A stretch of 64,000 nucleotides of DNA. It comes from an uncultured Actinomycetes bacterium (GTDB taxonomy: Bacteria > Actinomycetota > Thermoleophilia > RBG-16-64-13). Positions 41,412 through 51,733 of the stretch are shown in pieces. The stretch lies in NCBI GenBank assembly GCA_963814365.1, contig CAWFCL010000004.1:1311432-1375431 (forward strand), written 5' to 3'. The notes under the pieces were generated by a model. That model was not told where the DNA came from. It saw nothing but the letters and a program-made list of their open reading frames with translations, and ran no database searches. The translations under genes and the position numbers were made by a program. How positions within the stretch are numbered: the stretch's first letter is position 1; every line of letters begins with the position of its first letter.

Positions 41412-42557
41412 CTACCTGATGGTCTTGAGCACGTACTGGCGGGTACCCAGTCCCCGCTGCTCGGCATACTCCAGGGTCCGCAGGCCATCGACGCCTGTGA
41501 TCTTGGCGAACTTGTCCTCACCCGGCGCCATGCCCTCTCCCCTGCCGCCCACCGCGCCTGGGGCAGCCAGCACCAAGTCGAAGGCTGCCTGGTCTATCGC
41601 CACCGGGTCCAGCGAAGCCAACACGCCGATATCGCCCACTATGGGTGCGTCGGAGAAATCCCAGCAGTCGCAGTCGGGAGTGATGTTGGTCACCCAGGTC
41701 AGATACAGGACCTTGTTCTTCTTGGCGTCGAGCACGGCAGAGGCGTGGTCGACGATCTTCTCCTGAGCGACCTGGGAGTCGGTCTTCCACTGGATGTCGA
41801 TGGCGCCATAGGCGCAGCGCGCCACGCACTCGCCACAGCCGATGCACACCTCCAGGTCTACGACGGCCGAGTCGCGCTCCAGCTTCATGGCCGCCACCGA
41901 GCAGCCCTCGACGCAGCGTCCGCAACGCGTGCACTTGTCGACGATGATCTCGGGCCTGAAGTCGGCGTGCATACGTTGCTTGGCGCTCCGGCACCCCAGC
42001 CCCATGCCTACGTTCTTGAACACTCCGCCGAAGCCAGTGAGTTCGTGCCCTTTGAAATGTGTCATCACCACTAGGGCGTCCGCGTGCATAACGGCGGTGC
42101 CGATGCGCACCGACTCGAAGTGGCGAGACCCCTCGATGGGTACCTCGGTAGATTCCCTGCCGTCGAGTCCGTCGGCGATGACGATGGGGGCCTCCACCGT
42201 CGCGAACGAGAACCCGTTGTGTAGAGCGCAGGCGATGTGGTCCACCGCATTGGCGCGCTGCCCGGAGTACAGAGTGTTGGCGTCGGTGAGGAACGGCCTG
42301 CCGCCGGCCTCCTTGACTCGGCGCACCATCTCACGGGAGAAGACCGGCGAGACGAACCCTGTGTTGCCCTGCTCGCCGAAGTGCACCTTGATGGCGACAA
42401 GATCGTCCTTGGCAATGACGTCGCGCAACCCCGCCTTCTCCGCCAGCTTGCCACAGCGAGCGACCAGGGACTCCTTGGCTGATGTGTGCACGGGGACGAA
42501 CCAGACGGTGGCAAGACCGCTGGAGATTGCGGTCGACGATGCGCGCACGCGGCTCAT
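41412..42557 (-). CDS. DUF362 Fe-S protein with 2x[4Fe-4S] ferredoxin insert
   Basis: CTRCGRCVEGC and CIGCGECVARC motifs. DUF362-like flanks (..DCDCWD..). Confidence 0.7.
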   Translation of the reverse strand: MSRVRASSTAISSGLATVWFVPVHTSAKESLVARCGKLAEKAGLRDVIAKDDLVAIKVHFGEQGNTGFVSPVFSREMVRRVKEAGGRPFLTDANTLYSGQRANAVDHIACALHNGFSFATVEAPIVIADGLDGRESTEVPIEGSRHFESVRIGTAVMHADALVVMTHFKGHELTGFGGVFKNVGMGLGCRSAKQRMHADFRPEIIVDKCTRCGRCVEGCSVAAMKLERDSAVVDLEVCIGCGECVARCAYGAIDIQWKTDSQVAQEKIVDHASAVLDAKKNKVLYLTWVTNITPDCDCWDFSDAPIVGDIGVLASLDPVAIDQAAFDLVLAAPGAVGGRGEGMAPGEDKFAKITGVDGLRTLEYAEQRGLGTRQYVLKTIR

Positions 42558-42593
42558 CCCCTCAGTCCTCCTCTGCAGTAGTCTTCAAGGTGG

Positions 42594-43142
42594 TCACCCT
42601 CCCAAGTAGTCAGGACCCCAGCCCGATATCAGGCTTGTGACGCTGCCGCCCGACACAGTTATGTCCCAGTATCCCCACTCCGTCCAGTCAAGGTTCACAT
42701 CCCCACCACCATGCACATCCATCGCGAAGCCCGAGAAGTCGGGACCCCAGCCCACCATGGCGTCATCAGGGACCACGAACGTGCGCAACTTCGAGTTCGT
42801 GTTGGTGATCTTAGGTTCGTAGGCGCCCGTGGGCCACTTGACCTGTATGTAGTCCACCACCACGTAATTCTTGCCGTTGCGGGTGTAGGCGTCCACTATC
42901 AGGCAGGGAGACTGACCGCTTTCATTGGTCACCTTCACCGGCGGTTCCAAGAGCGTGCCAGAGGTTATTGTGGTTTCCTCCACCAGGAGAGAGGTCGACG
43001 TGGACGCGTCACTCGCAGCCAGCGTAGCGCCTGTGGTCGACGTAGCAGTGAGGTCTTGGCACGCCACCAAGCCGAAAACCATCCCCGCCACCAGTAGCGC
43101 GGTTGCACCTCTGGCCACGTCCGCAGTCTTGCGCGTCTTCAT
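42594..43142 (-). CDS. Lipoprotein paralog 1 of a tandem triplet (unknown family)
   Basis: Signal and LVAC lipobox. Conserved core SPCLIVDAYTRNGKNYVVVDYIQVKW ... KITNTNSKLRTFVVPDDA. Confidence 0.5.
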   Translation of the reverse strand: MKTRKTADVARGATALLVAGMVFGLVACQDLTATSTTGATLAASDASTSTSLLVEETTITSGTLLEPPVKVTNESGQSPCLIVDAYTRNGKNYVVVDYIQVKWPTGAYEPKITNTNSKLRTFVVPDDAMVGWGPDFSGFAMDVHGGGDVNLDWTEWGYWDITVSGGSVTSLISGWGPDYLGG

Positions 43143-43172
43143 CGCACCCTTCCCTCGTTCGCTGACGGCAGA

Positions 43173-43730
43173 TCACTCATACGACCACCCCTCCAGACTC
43201 ACGACCTGGCCGTCCACAACCTCGATCCCCCAGAAACCCCAATCGGTGTAGAAGCCGGGCTCGTTGGTGTAATCGCTGATGTCCAGCCGGCCAAAGGAGT
43301 ACGGACCGATGTACTCCTCTTCCTCGTGGTCCTCACCTATCCACCAATGTAGCCAAGCATCATCAGGCACGACAAAGGTGCGGAGCTTGGTGTTGGTGTT
43401 CGAGATCTTGGGCGTACGCCCACCATACTCGTTAGTCGTCCACTTCACCTGGACATAGTCGACCACGATGTAATTCTTGCCGTTACGCGTGAACGCGTCC
43501 TTGAGCAGGCAGGGCGATTCGCTGGTCTCCATGGTCACATCGACCGGCTCCATAGTCGTCGACGTGGTCGTCGGTGCCTCGGTGGTCGTGGGAGCCTCAG
43601 TCGTGGTCGAGGCCAAAGTGGTCGCGCTGGACCCCAATGACTCACAGCCCCCGACCGCCAAGACCGACCCCAGAAGCAGGATCGCCGATAGGCCGACGGC
43701 CAAGGTGACCGGACTGGACTTTCTCATCAC
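43173..43730 (-). CDS. Lipoprotein paralog 2
   Basis: Core SPCLLKDAFTRNGKNYIVVDYVQVKW ... KISNTNTKLRTFVVPDDA. Confidence 0.5.
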   Translation of the reverse strand: MMRKSSPVTLAVGLSAILLLGSVLAVGGCESLGSSATTLASTTTEAPTTTEAPTTTSTTMEPVDVTMETSESPCLLKDAFTRNGKNYIVVDYVQVKWTTNEYGGRTPKISNTNTKLRTFVVPDDAWLHWWIGEDHEEEEYIGPYSFGRLDISDYTNEPGFYTDWGFWGIEVVDGQVVSLEGWSYE

Positions 43731-43770
43731 ATCCCCTCTCGTAGTTGTACGACGTGACCTCGATGCGGGT

Positions 43771-44292
43771 TCACCAGACGTACCATGGCCCCGAACCGCT
43801 CTCCAGACTAGTCACATAGCCGTTCGCGACTCTAATATCCCAGAATCCCCACTTCGTGTGCTCTCCCACGGTGTTCACGTCACCGCACTCGACTGCGTAT
43901 GCGAGCGCCTCGAAGTCCAGCCGAAGCATGGCGCTTGCAGGGACCACAAAGGTACGGAGTTTGGGATTGCCGTTGCTGATCCGCGGCGCTTCTCCTGAGT
44001 AGACGTCAGGAGGAAGCCACTCGACTTCGATGTAGTCGACCACCACGTAGTCCGTGCCATCCTGAGTGAAAGCCTCCCTTATCAGGCAGGGAGACTGACT
44101 GGTCTCATCGGTCACAGCAACAGGTGCCAAAGTGGTCGAAGTGGTAGTCGGCGCCTCGGTGGTGGTGAGCAACGCGGTCGTGACGGACCGGCCCTCGCCC
44201 AACGAGGTGCACGAAACGGTGCCCAGGAGCGCACACAGGGTGAGTATCACCAACGCACAGCGCATCACGTTGCATACGCTCTTCGCACGCAC
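43771..44292 (-). CDS. Lipoprotein paralog 3
   Basis: Core SPCLIREAFTQDGTDYVVVDYIEVEW ... RISNGNPKLRTFVVPASA. Confidence 0.5.
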   Translation of the reverse strand: MRAKSVCNVMRCALVILTLCALLGTVSCTSLGEGRSVTTALLTTTEAPTTTSTTLAPVAVTDETSQSPCLIREAFTQDGTDYVVVDYIEVEWLPPDVYSGEAPRISNGNPKLRTFVVPASAMLRLDFEALAYAVECGDVNTVGEHTKWGFWDIRVANGYVTSLESGSGPWYVW

Positions 44293-44436
44293 TATCTACC
44301 CCTCCTACGTTCCGCATCCCCCATACTCATCCATCGAATCATACCAACCGTGCCGTCGACGAGGCCAACGACCTTTCGGTCGCGCGCCGGCAGACGATGT
44401 CCTATAGTTGACGCAGATCTACCTGGAGGTGACCGA

Positions 44437-45213
44437 ATGACTCAGCGAAAAGCAGAGCACCGCCGGCGCCTGTCACTGCTGCCTCCCTTCGTCGCTCTAG
44501 TACTGGCCGTGCTGTTGTTGGCCACGCTCTTGCTGGCCACCGCCTGCGACGGGGGATCGGGGCTTCTGTCTTCTATCCGCGGCTCCGGCGATCTGGAGAC
44601 GCGGGACTATGATCTCGCCGGCTTCAATGGGCTCGACATAAGCAGCGCCTTCGTCGTCACCGTGACCCAGTCCGACACCTACAGCGTCAGCGTCACGGCG
44701 GACGACAACATCCTCGGCCTGATCCAAGTCGAAAAGGCCGACCGCACCCTGAAGATCGGCCTCGGCAACACCAGGGTGACCAACGTCACCCTACGCGCCA
44801 CCATCACCATGCCCACATTGAGCGCACTGTACGTGTCCGGCGCCACGCAGGCCACGGTCTCGGGTTTCAGCTCCAAGGACCCGCTCGCACTGGAAGCGTC
44901 GGGGGCCAGCGCCATCACCGGTGACATCACCGCGGGAGTCGCGGGCTTCAACGTCAGCGGAGCCTCTAGAGTAGAGCTGCAGGGAACGGCCGCCGAACTC
45001 GTTGCCGAAGTCTCCGGCGCCAGCCACCTGCTGCTTCGGGACTTTGCCGTCACCCACGCCGACGTCGATGTATCAGGAGCCAGCGAAGCGACCGTGAACC
45101 TCAGTGGACGCCTTGACGCCGAGGTGAGTGGCGCGTCGAAGCTCCGCTACCTGGGCAAGCCGACCATGGGCAGTATCAACACCAGCGGAGCCTCGAGCAT
45201 CAGCGCAGACTGA
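44437..45213 (+). CDS. DUF2807/DUF4097 (adhesin head GIN-like) lipoprotein
   Basis: ATG with a GGAGG SD. Repetitive VSGAS beta-solenoid-like segments. Confidence 0.6.
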   Translation: MTQRKAEHRRRLSLLPPFVALVLAVLLLATLLLATACDGGSGLLSSIRGSGDLETRDYDLAGFNGLDISSAFVVTVTQSDTYSVSVTADDNILGLIQVEKADRTLKIGLGNTRVTNVTLRATITMPTLSALYVSGATQATVSGFSSKDPLALEASGASAITGDITAGVAGFNVSGASRVELQGTAAELVAEVSGASHLLLRDFAVTHADVDVSGASEATVNLSGRLDAEVSGASKLRYLGKPTMGSINTSGASSISAD

Positions 45214-46616
45214 GTGCCAGTATCTTGGTGCCGTCGGCCACGAACAGCCGGCCGTTCGCCGCGGACAGCGTGGCGAACTGGGTCGGTGCCTGCGTGATCT
45301 GCAGCGTGTAGGCCACCGTGCCATCCACAGGATCCACCGCCTTGATCAGTCCTTCGCGGCCCAGCGTCCACACGTGTCCGGCAGCGATGATGGGTGAGCC
45401 GGTGCGCCCGGGCACACTCCAGGCGACCCTCATCTGGTCGCCTGCCGTATCGACGGCCACCAAGCCTTCAGTGCAGGGCACGAAGACTCGGGAGCCCCAG
45501 GCGATAGCCGTGCCGAAACCTGCGGAACCTACGTTCACCGAGGCGATGCCTTCACTTATCTCGCCTAGGTTCGCGGCGTCCAACAGATAGGCCTTGCTGT
45601 TCTTGCCGACAATCACCACCCTGCCCCCTTCGAGCAGCACCGGAGCGGTGGTGTTGATGTCAAGGTCCTTCTGGTTGAGAGACACCCAGTTGGTAGGCGC
45701 GAAGTAGTCGAGCCACTTGAGGTCCGGTGACATCCTTAGCACCGCATTGCCGTAGTCGAAAGTAGTCTGCGAGGCAGTGTTGCCGGTGGCCACCCAGAGG
45801 TCGCCCGCCTCGTCGATAGGCACACCTGTGGGGTTCCAGATACCGCCCATGCGGGTGGTGGGCACTATGTAGCTGATGGCCTCGCCCGTCCCGTCAGCGG
45901 ACACGCCCACCACAGCGCCCTTGTACTCACCGCAGTCCCCAGCCATTCCACCGTAGGGCACATAGACCATACCGGCGGATAGACTCAGAGCGCCCCGCTG
46001 CTGCTCCACCTTGGCAGACAGCTCAGGTGGATCGATGGCGCGGTCCCATCCGATGGTGCCGTCAGCCAGATCCAGGGCGTACAGCTGGTGATGCGGACCG
46101 TCGCTCAAGAACGCGACCACATAGATGATGCCCAGCTCGGTGTCTATCACGGGAGTGCCGGTGATACCCGAGGGGTCGATGTTGCCACAGGGCAGGGTCC
46201 CGCCATCGACGGGAGTGCCCAGGTCGGTCTGCCACACTATGGCCCCCGTAGCCGCGTCGCAGCGAGATGACCGAGTTGCCTTCAGTGGCCACGATCACAC
46301 GGTCACCGACCACTAGGGGCTGCGCGTACATGTAGCCGCCCAGGTCCTCCGAGGTCCATTCCTTCTGCACCTCACCCAGAGGCTCATGATCGTCGGAAAC
46401 GCCGCTGCGGGCCATGTCGTGATGGTAGGCAGGCCAGTCGCCCGTACCGGGTAGTGTGGTCGTGGTCGAGGCCAGAGTGGTCGTGGGTCCAAGCGTGGTA
46501 GTGACCTCAGCTTCGCCGCACGCACCCACCATGACCCCAGTCCCTAGCAGACCGAGTACCGCAAGTACCACGAACGAACGGACGAACCGCAGCCTCTGCA
46601 TCACGACTCCCTCCAC
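45200..46616 (-). pseudogene. PQQ-like beta-propeller (BamB-like) secreted protein, 1-bp frameshift
   Basis: N-terminal ORF 46062..46616 and C-terminal ORF 45200..46237 lie in different frames. The junction reads ..GNSVISL[R/D]AATGAIVWQTDLG.., with an extra G near 46255. Confidence 0.65.
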
Positions 46617-46789
46617 CTTCCCCCGGATTGGACGCCTCTACTGCCCTTTACCCGCAAGAGCGCGTGTTCACTCTAGGCCGTTCTAAGTTGTGTATACCCG
46701 CCTGTAGGTATACGCTTCTACGATGCCCTTTCGCAACGAGCCACGCAGATGGTCCGCTCGCCAAGGCAGTCCGCGCGAGTCCTGCGCCC

Positions 46790-47868
46790 CAGCCATTGGC
46801 ATGGTGGCGCCATGAACGTCGAGGCAAGACCTACGGAACCACCGGCGGTGGCGACAAGGTCGACGAGTACACGCTGACCACGGGCCACGGCATCGTCGCC
46901 AAGATGATCTCCTACGGCGCCACTCTCACCTGGCTCGAGACTCCCGACCGCCACGGAGACACGCGCCAACCTAGTCCTGGCTCACGCGAACCTCAAGGAC
47001 TACGAGAGACAGCGCGCACTTCTTTGGCGCGACCGTGGGCAGGTATGCCAACCGCATCGCCGGGCGCGTCTTCACGCTAGACGGAGCACACCTACACACT
47101 CGCCCGCAACGAAGCGACCGAACCACCTGCACGGCGGAGTACTAGGCTTCGACAAGACGCGTCTGGCGGGCGGCAGCCTTCGAGACCGGTGACTCGGCCG
47201 GCGTGACCTTCGCTTACACCAGCCTCGACGGAGAAGAGGGCTATCCCGGCACACTGGAGGCCGAGGTCACTTACCGCCTGACGGTGGACGGACGATTGCA
47301 TGTCACGTACTCAGCCGTCACGGACGTGGCCACCCACGTGAACCTGACCAATCACTCGTACTTCAATCTTGCAGGACACTCTTCGGGCGACGTGCTTGCG
47401 CAAGAACTGGAGCTGGACTGCGACGGCTTCTTGCCCGTGGACGACAGCCTGATCCCCACCGGCGAGATGGCCTCCGTCGACGGCACGCCCATGGACTTCC
47501 GCCACTCCAAGCCGATAGGCCGGGACATCGCCGGCCGCGAGAGCGGGTACGGCGAACTCTACGACGTTTGTCTGGTGGTCTGTCCGACAGGCTCCGACCC
47601 TTAGACCGATAGCCCGGGCGTTCGATCCGTGCCTCTGGACGACACCTGGAGATACTCGGTACTCAGCCCGGCATACAGCTCTATACAGGCAACCATTTCC
47701 ATGACGTGTCCGGGCATCGACGGCGCCGTGTACCAGAAGCACCAAGGCTTCGCCCTAGAGACCCAGCACTTCCCAGACTCTCCCAACCAGCCCGCTTTTC
47801 CGTCCACCCTCCTCCGACCCGGCGAGCACTACTTCGAAGAGACCGTGTACGAGTTCTGGGCGCGCTGA
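46790..47868 (+). pseudogene. galM: Aldose 1-epimerase (GalM), multiply frameshifted
   Basis: GalM-like segments in three frames: GGDKVDEYTLTTGHGIVAKMISYGATLTWLETPD; TFAYTSLDGEEGYPGTLEAEVTYRL ... NLTNHSYFNLAG ... IPTGEMASVDGTPMDFR; YQKHQGFALETQHFPDSPNQPAFPSTLLRPGEHY. Confidence 0.6.
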
Positions 47869-47947
47869 ACACCTCCGCCACGCATCCAAGGAGTGACCCC
47901 CATGGCGATCACCGACAGACCCGAATCTGACAGAAGCCGAGAGGCGG

Positions 47948-48757
47948 ATGTCGATAGCCAAGTACTACGACCTGCCCCTGTACCCGCCTGGTCCGCGCGA
48001 GACGCAGTTGATGCGTCATATGCCCTTGAACCCTAAGGACGCGCTCCCTCCACAGAAGCTGGTCGACCTCCTGCAGCCCACCGGTTACAGCGCCGCAGAG
48101 TACGGCTACTGCAAGATGCCGGACGGCTCCAGCTACATGGCCATGTACTTCGTCTACCCCTACTGCAAGCCAGAGATGATGGGTTGGTGGTTCCGCTGGC
48201 TGAACGTCCTGCCCAAGGACCAGCCAGAAGGCACCGGCAACCTGAAGTACAAGATCTGGTGTCCACCAGACCATGTCACCCACGCCTACAACAACGGCAG
48301 GGACATGTCCGAGGGCCAGTGGGCGATCGAGTCCATCGACCTGGGTGAGGGTGACGAGAAAGTCCTCTACCGCCGAGACCATCTTGACGCCAAGGAGTAC
48401 GGGCTCAGCGCTGCGAAAGAGAGGGAACTCCTGGAGGCAGGGTGCTGGGTCGACCTCTCCAACGTGACATTCCACTCGCCCGAAGACCCCACCGTCCGCT
48501 ACCCGGGCAACTGGCTCTGGTTGACCCTCTCCCGGCCCTGCGCCCAAGGCGGCGTGGAGTTGCGTACCCGGCTTTGGATAGGCTGCGGCGCTCGGGAGGG
48601 CAAGATCTACTATGACCACACCACGCCGGCGGCTGCGCTCAGCGAAGAGACCATGCGCAAGTTTCTGATTCACACCACGGTGGAACACCAGCACCTCGCC
48701 AAGCTACTGCCCAGGCTGTACGAGGAGTACAGCGACCGACCGGCCGACGAGGTGTAG
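47948..48757 (+). CDS. Hypothetical protein (possibly a PhlG-like hydrolase family)
   Basis: Clean 269-aa ORF. The family guess is weak. Confidence 0.35.
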   Translation: MSIAKYYDLPLYPPGPRETQLMRHMPLNPKDALPPQKLVDLLQPTGYSAAEYGYCKMPDGSSYMAMYFVYPYCKPEMMGWWFRWLNVLPKDQPEGTGNLKYKIWCPPDHVTHAYNNGRDMSEGQWAIESIDLGEGDEKVLYRRDHLDAKEYGLSAAKERELLEAGCWVDLSNVTFHSPEDPTVRYPGNWLWLTLSRPCAQGGVELRTRLWIGCGAREGKIYYDHTTPAAALSEETMRKFLIHTTVEHQHLAKLLPRLYEEYSDRPADEV

Positions 48758-48814
48758 CGGGGGCGTACGCCTGCCCCTACAATAGTCCAATCCCCGGGCC
48801 GAATCATTGGCCGT

Positions 48815-49423
48815 TTGGATACACCATTTTCAATTGACTCCTGCTATGGTCTGCGCTCCGAAGAGCGAAAGGAGTCTCCGATCCCGGTCACGGCCTTTGT
48901 CTGTGTAAACTGTGCGCGTCCTGGCCAGAAGCCTGATTCCGGCGGACGGCCTCGGCCATTGCTGCCTCGATTCTCGTGGCCCTTTCCAGTGCGTGAGGTA
49001 CTCGTGCCCTGCACCGGCCGTATCCAGCCAGAGCACCTCCTCAAGGCCTTCGAATCGGGCTCGGACCTGGTCTGCGCCATCGCCTGCGCCGAAGACAACT
49101 GCCACTACGTAGAGGGCAGCAAGCGCTGCGCCCGGCGCATCGACCATCTGCGCGGCATCCTGGACGAAGTCGGCCTGGGCCGAGAGCGTCTCCTGTTGTT
49201 CAACCTCCCCGGCACCGCGGCCCAGGACACGGCGCTGGGCGCCGACGATGACAAAGGCTGCACCGTGGGGCCCCCGGATGAGCAGATCGAGGCTATCCGC
49301 GACCAGGTGTCACGAGTACTGGAAGGACTGTCCCCCAACCCCCTGCAAACCGGGCCCGAGGTCGAACTGGCCGAAGACCCTTATCTACAAGCGGAAATGG
49401 ATGATGACGACTTCCCAGAGTAA
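48815..49423 (+). CDS. mvhD: MvhD/FlpD-like hydrogenase iron-sulfur subunit (copy 1)
   Basis: AFVCVNCAR ... VPCTGRIQPEHLLKAFESGSDLVCAIACAEDNCHY ... GLGRERLLLF. Confidence 0.7.
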   Translation: MDTPFSIDSCYGLRSEERKESPIPVTAFVCVNCARPGQKPDSGGRPRPLLPRFSWPFPVREVLVPCTGRIQPEHLLKAFESGSDLVCAIACAEDNCHYVEGSKRCARRIDHLRGILDEVGLGRERLLLFNLPGTAAQDTALGADDDKGCTVGPPDEQIEAIRDQVSRVLEGLSPNPLQTGPEVELAEDPYLQAEMDDDDFPE

Positions 49424-50270
49424 GTTCGCCCAGGCACTGGAATCCGACCGCCTCGTGCTAACGGCCGACTGCTACGCACCGCACAGCGGCGACGCGGGCG
49501 ACGTCAAGGCGCTCGCTGCAGCGCTGCCCTCCGAGTCTGGACGCGGTGGTGGTGGCCGAGAATCCCGACGGCATCTACGGCTCGGCTTTGGCTTGTGCCG
49601 CTCTGCTGGTTGGTGAAGGCCGCCAGGCGGTGGTCACCATGTCCACCCGCGACCGCAACCGCATCGCGTTGGAGAGCGACGCCTTGGGCGCCTCGGCCCT
49701 GGGTGTGGGCGCTGTGCTCTGCCTCAGTGGCAACCATCAGTCTCTGGGCGCCTGCCCGCAGGCGGGGTCGGCCTATGACATCGACTCTACTCAGCTCCTG
49801 CGCATCGTCAGCAGACTGGAGCTCCCCAGCATGCTTCTGGGAGCCATAGCGCACCCCCACCAGACCCCGGTGGAGCTCAACCTCATCAAGCTCAAGAAGA
49901 AGATCTCGGCCGGCGCCGGATTCGTACTCACACAGCCGGTGTTCGACCTCGACGTGTTCGAGGGTTGGATGAAGGCCGTGCGGGCGCTCAAGCTGCAGCA
50001 GCAGGCTCCCATCATCGCGAGCGTCCTACCCATCGCCACCGTCGAGCAGGCCGAGACCCTGCAAGGACAACAACACTACGGTCCGCTGGGCGACACCGTG
50101 GTGGCCCGCATCTCGGGCGCGTCGGATGTCGCCGCCAGGAGGGTGTGGCCCTGGCGGCCGAGATGGCCTCCAAGCTCAAGACTATTGAGGGTGTACGTGG
50201 CGTCAACATCCTGTGCGGGGGCGATGCGACGCTGGCCGGCGAGGTGATCAAGGCAGCAGGCCTGGCTTAG
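49401..50270 (+). pseudogene. metF: Methylenetetrahydrofolate reductase MetF (Hdr-associated type) with +1 then -1 frameshifts
   Basis: N-terminal segment in frame 0 (MMTTSQSKFAQALESDRLVLTADCYAPHSGD..AALPS). Middle segment in frame 1 (LDAVVVAENPDGIYGSALACAALLVGEGRQAVVTMSTRDRNRIALESDALGASALGVGAVLCLSGNHQ ...). C-terminal segment back in frame 0 (GVALAAEMASKLKTIEGVRGVNILCGGDATLAGEVIKAAGLA*). Confidence 0.65.
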
Positions 50271-50290
50271 GACGAGAGGACTAGAAGCGC

Positions 50291-51733
50291 ATGCCCGACC
50301 GCTACCATATCCACGCCGTGCCCCTGGCGCCGCACTTCCGCCGCGTCGGCAAGTTCGGCAACGTCGACTGGCGCGAAGACTGCTCGCGTTGCACCAACTG
50401 CGTCAAGTTGCGCTGCATCTACGACGTCTACAAGTACGAGGCCGACTACAACCGTGATCCCCAGACCGCGCTCGAGACGCACGACCAGTGCAAAGCTTGT
50501 CTCTCCTGCGTGATGGGCTGCACCAAGGGTCTCCTAAACATAGCGGTCAACCCTGAGTATCTGGCTATGGGCGATGAGTACTGGAAGCCCGACATCATCG
50601 CGACGACCTGGAACCAGGCGGACACCGGCAAAGTGCCGGTCTCGGGCGCCGGATACCGGGGTCGCTTCTACGGACCCGGCTTCGATTCCATCTGGACCGA
50701 CATGTCCGAGATCGTGCGCCCCACTCGCGACGGCATCCACGGGCGCGAGTTCATCAGCACCTCGGTGGACATCGGCGTCAAACCCATGCGCCTGCGCTTC
50801 GCGGCGGACGGCAACATGATCGACGAACCCAGTCGTTTGGTCGAACTGCAGATCCCGGCCATATTGGACGGACCTTCCTGGCCGGTACTCAGCCCCAATC
50901 TGACCCAGGCCAGGGTCCAAGCCGCCAAGGCATTGGCGTCGCTCGCTGTGGTGCCGGTGGCCGAGGCGGCAGAGCTGCCTGCCGAACTCCTGCCCTGGGT
51001 CGTCCCGCTGCTGGGCCAAGACGCCGGGGTAGGCGGCGAGGTAGACAAGTATCGCGACCTACTGAGCGCGGTGCGCATGGTACAGACGACCGACGGGCTG
51101 AAAGTGAACGAACTGGCCCAGGCGTTACAGGCTGCTCACCCACGACTGGTGATCTGCGTCCGTATGGACCTGGCGCCTACTGCCGCCGACCGCGTCGTCG
51201 AGCTCAGTCTCACTGCCGGACTCAAAGTGTTCCAGCTCTGCGCCGACCATCACGGACGCGAACGCCGGGCAGACGGCGGGCCGGGTAGGCACATCAAAGA
51301 CACCATGCGCGAATTGCACGGGCGCCTGGTCACCGCCGGCGTGCGCGACGAGATCACCCTGATAGTATCCGGCGGTATCGCGCTGGCAGAGCACATGGCC
51401 AAGACCATCATCTGCGGAGCCGATCTGGTGGCTGTGGGGACCCCGCTCCTGGTGTCCCTGGGTTGCCGCCTCTGCGACGACAGAGAACGCTGCGTGACCG
51501 AGGGCCGTTGCCCCGCCCGCTTGGACGATGCGCAACTCGACTACGCTACTCAGCGCCTGGTAAACATGTTCGGATCATGGCACAGCCAACTACTGGAGTT
51601 GTTGGGAGCCATGGGCATCCGCGAAGTCCGCCGTCTGCGCGGAGAAGTCGGACGGGCGATGTTCCTAGAAGATATCGAGGCCGACGCCTTTGGCGACCTG
51701 GACCACATCGCGCCGACCGAGGTGTGCTCATGA
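50291..51733 (+). CDS. Glutamate synthase-related protein, divergent GltB FMN/Fe-S-domain-like, with N-terminal ferredoxin-like Cys motifs
   Basis: CxxCxxC(x)nC at the N-terminus. C-terminal IVSGGIALAEHMAKTIICGADLVAVGT..LGCRLC....C.. pattern of the GltB FMN barrel. No canonical YGGGMSFGS block. Confidence 0.5.
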   Translation: MPDRYHIHAVPLAPHFRRVGKFGNVDWREDCSRCTNCVKLRCIYDVYKYEADYNRDPQTALETHDQCKACLSCVMGCTKGLLNIAVNPEYLAMGDEYWKPDIIATTWNQADTGKVPVSGAGYRGRFYGPGFDSIWTDMSEIVRPTRDGIHGREFISTSVDIGVKPMRLRFAADGNMIDEPSRLVELQIPAILDGPSWPVLSPNLTQARVQAAKALASLAVVPVAEAAELPAELLPWVVPLLGQDAGVGGEVDKYRDLLSAVRMVQTTDGLKVNELAQALQAAHPRLVICVRMDLAPTAADRVVELSLTAGLKVFQLCADHHGRERRADGGPGRHIKDTMRELHGRLVTAGVRDEITLIVSGGIALAEHMAKTIICGADLVAVGTPLLVSLGCRLCDDRERCVTEGRCPARLDDAQLDYATQRLVNMFGSWHSQLLELLGAMGIREVRRLRGEVGRAMFLEDIEADAFGDLDHIAPTEVCS

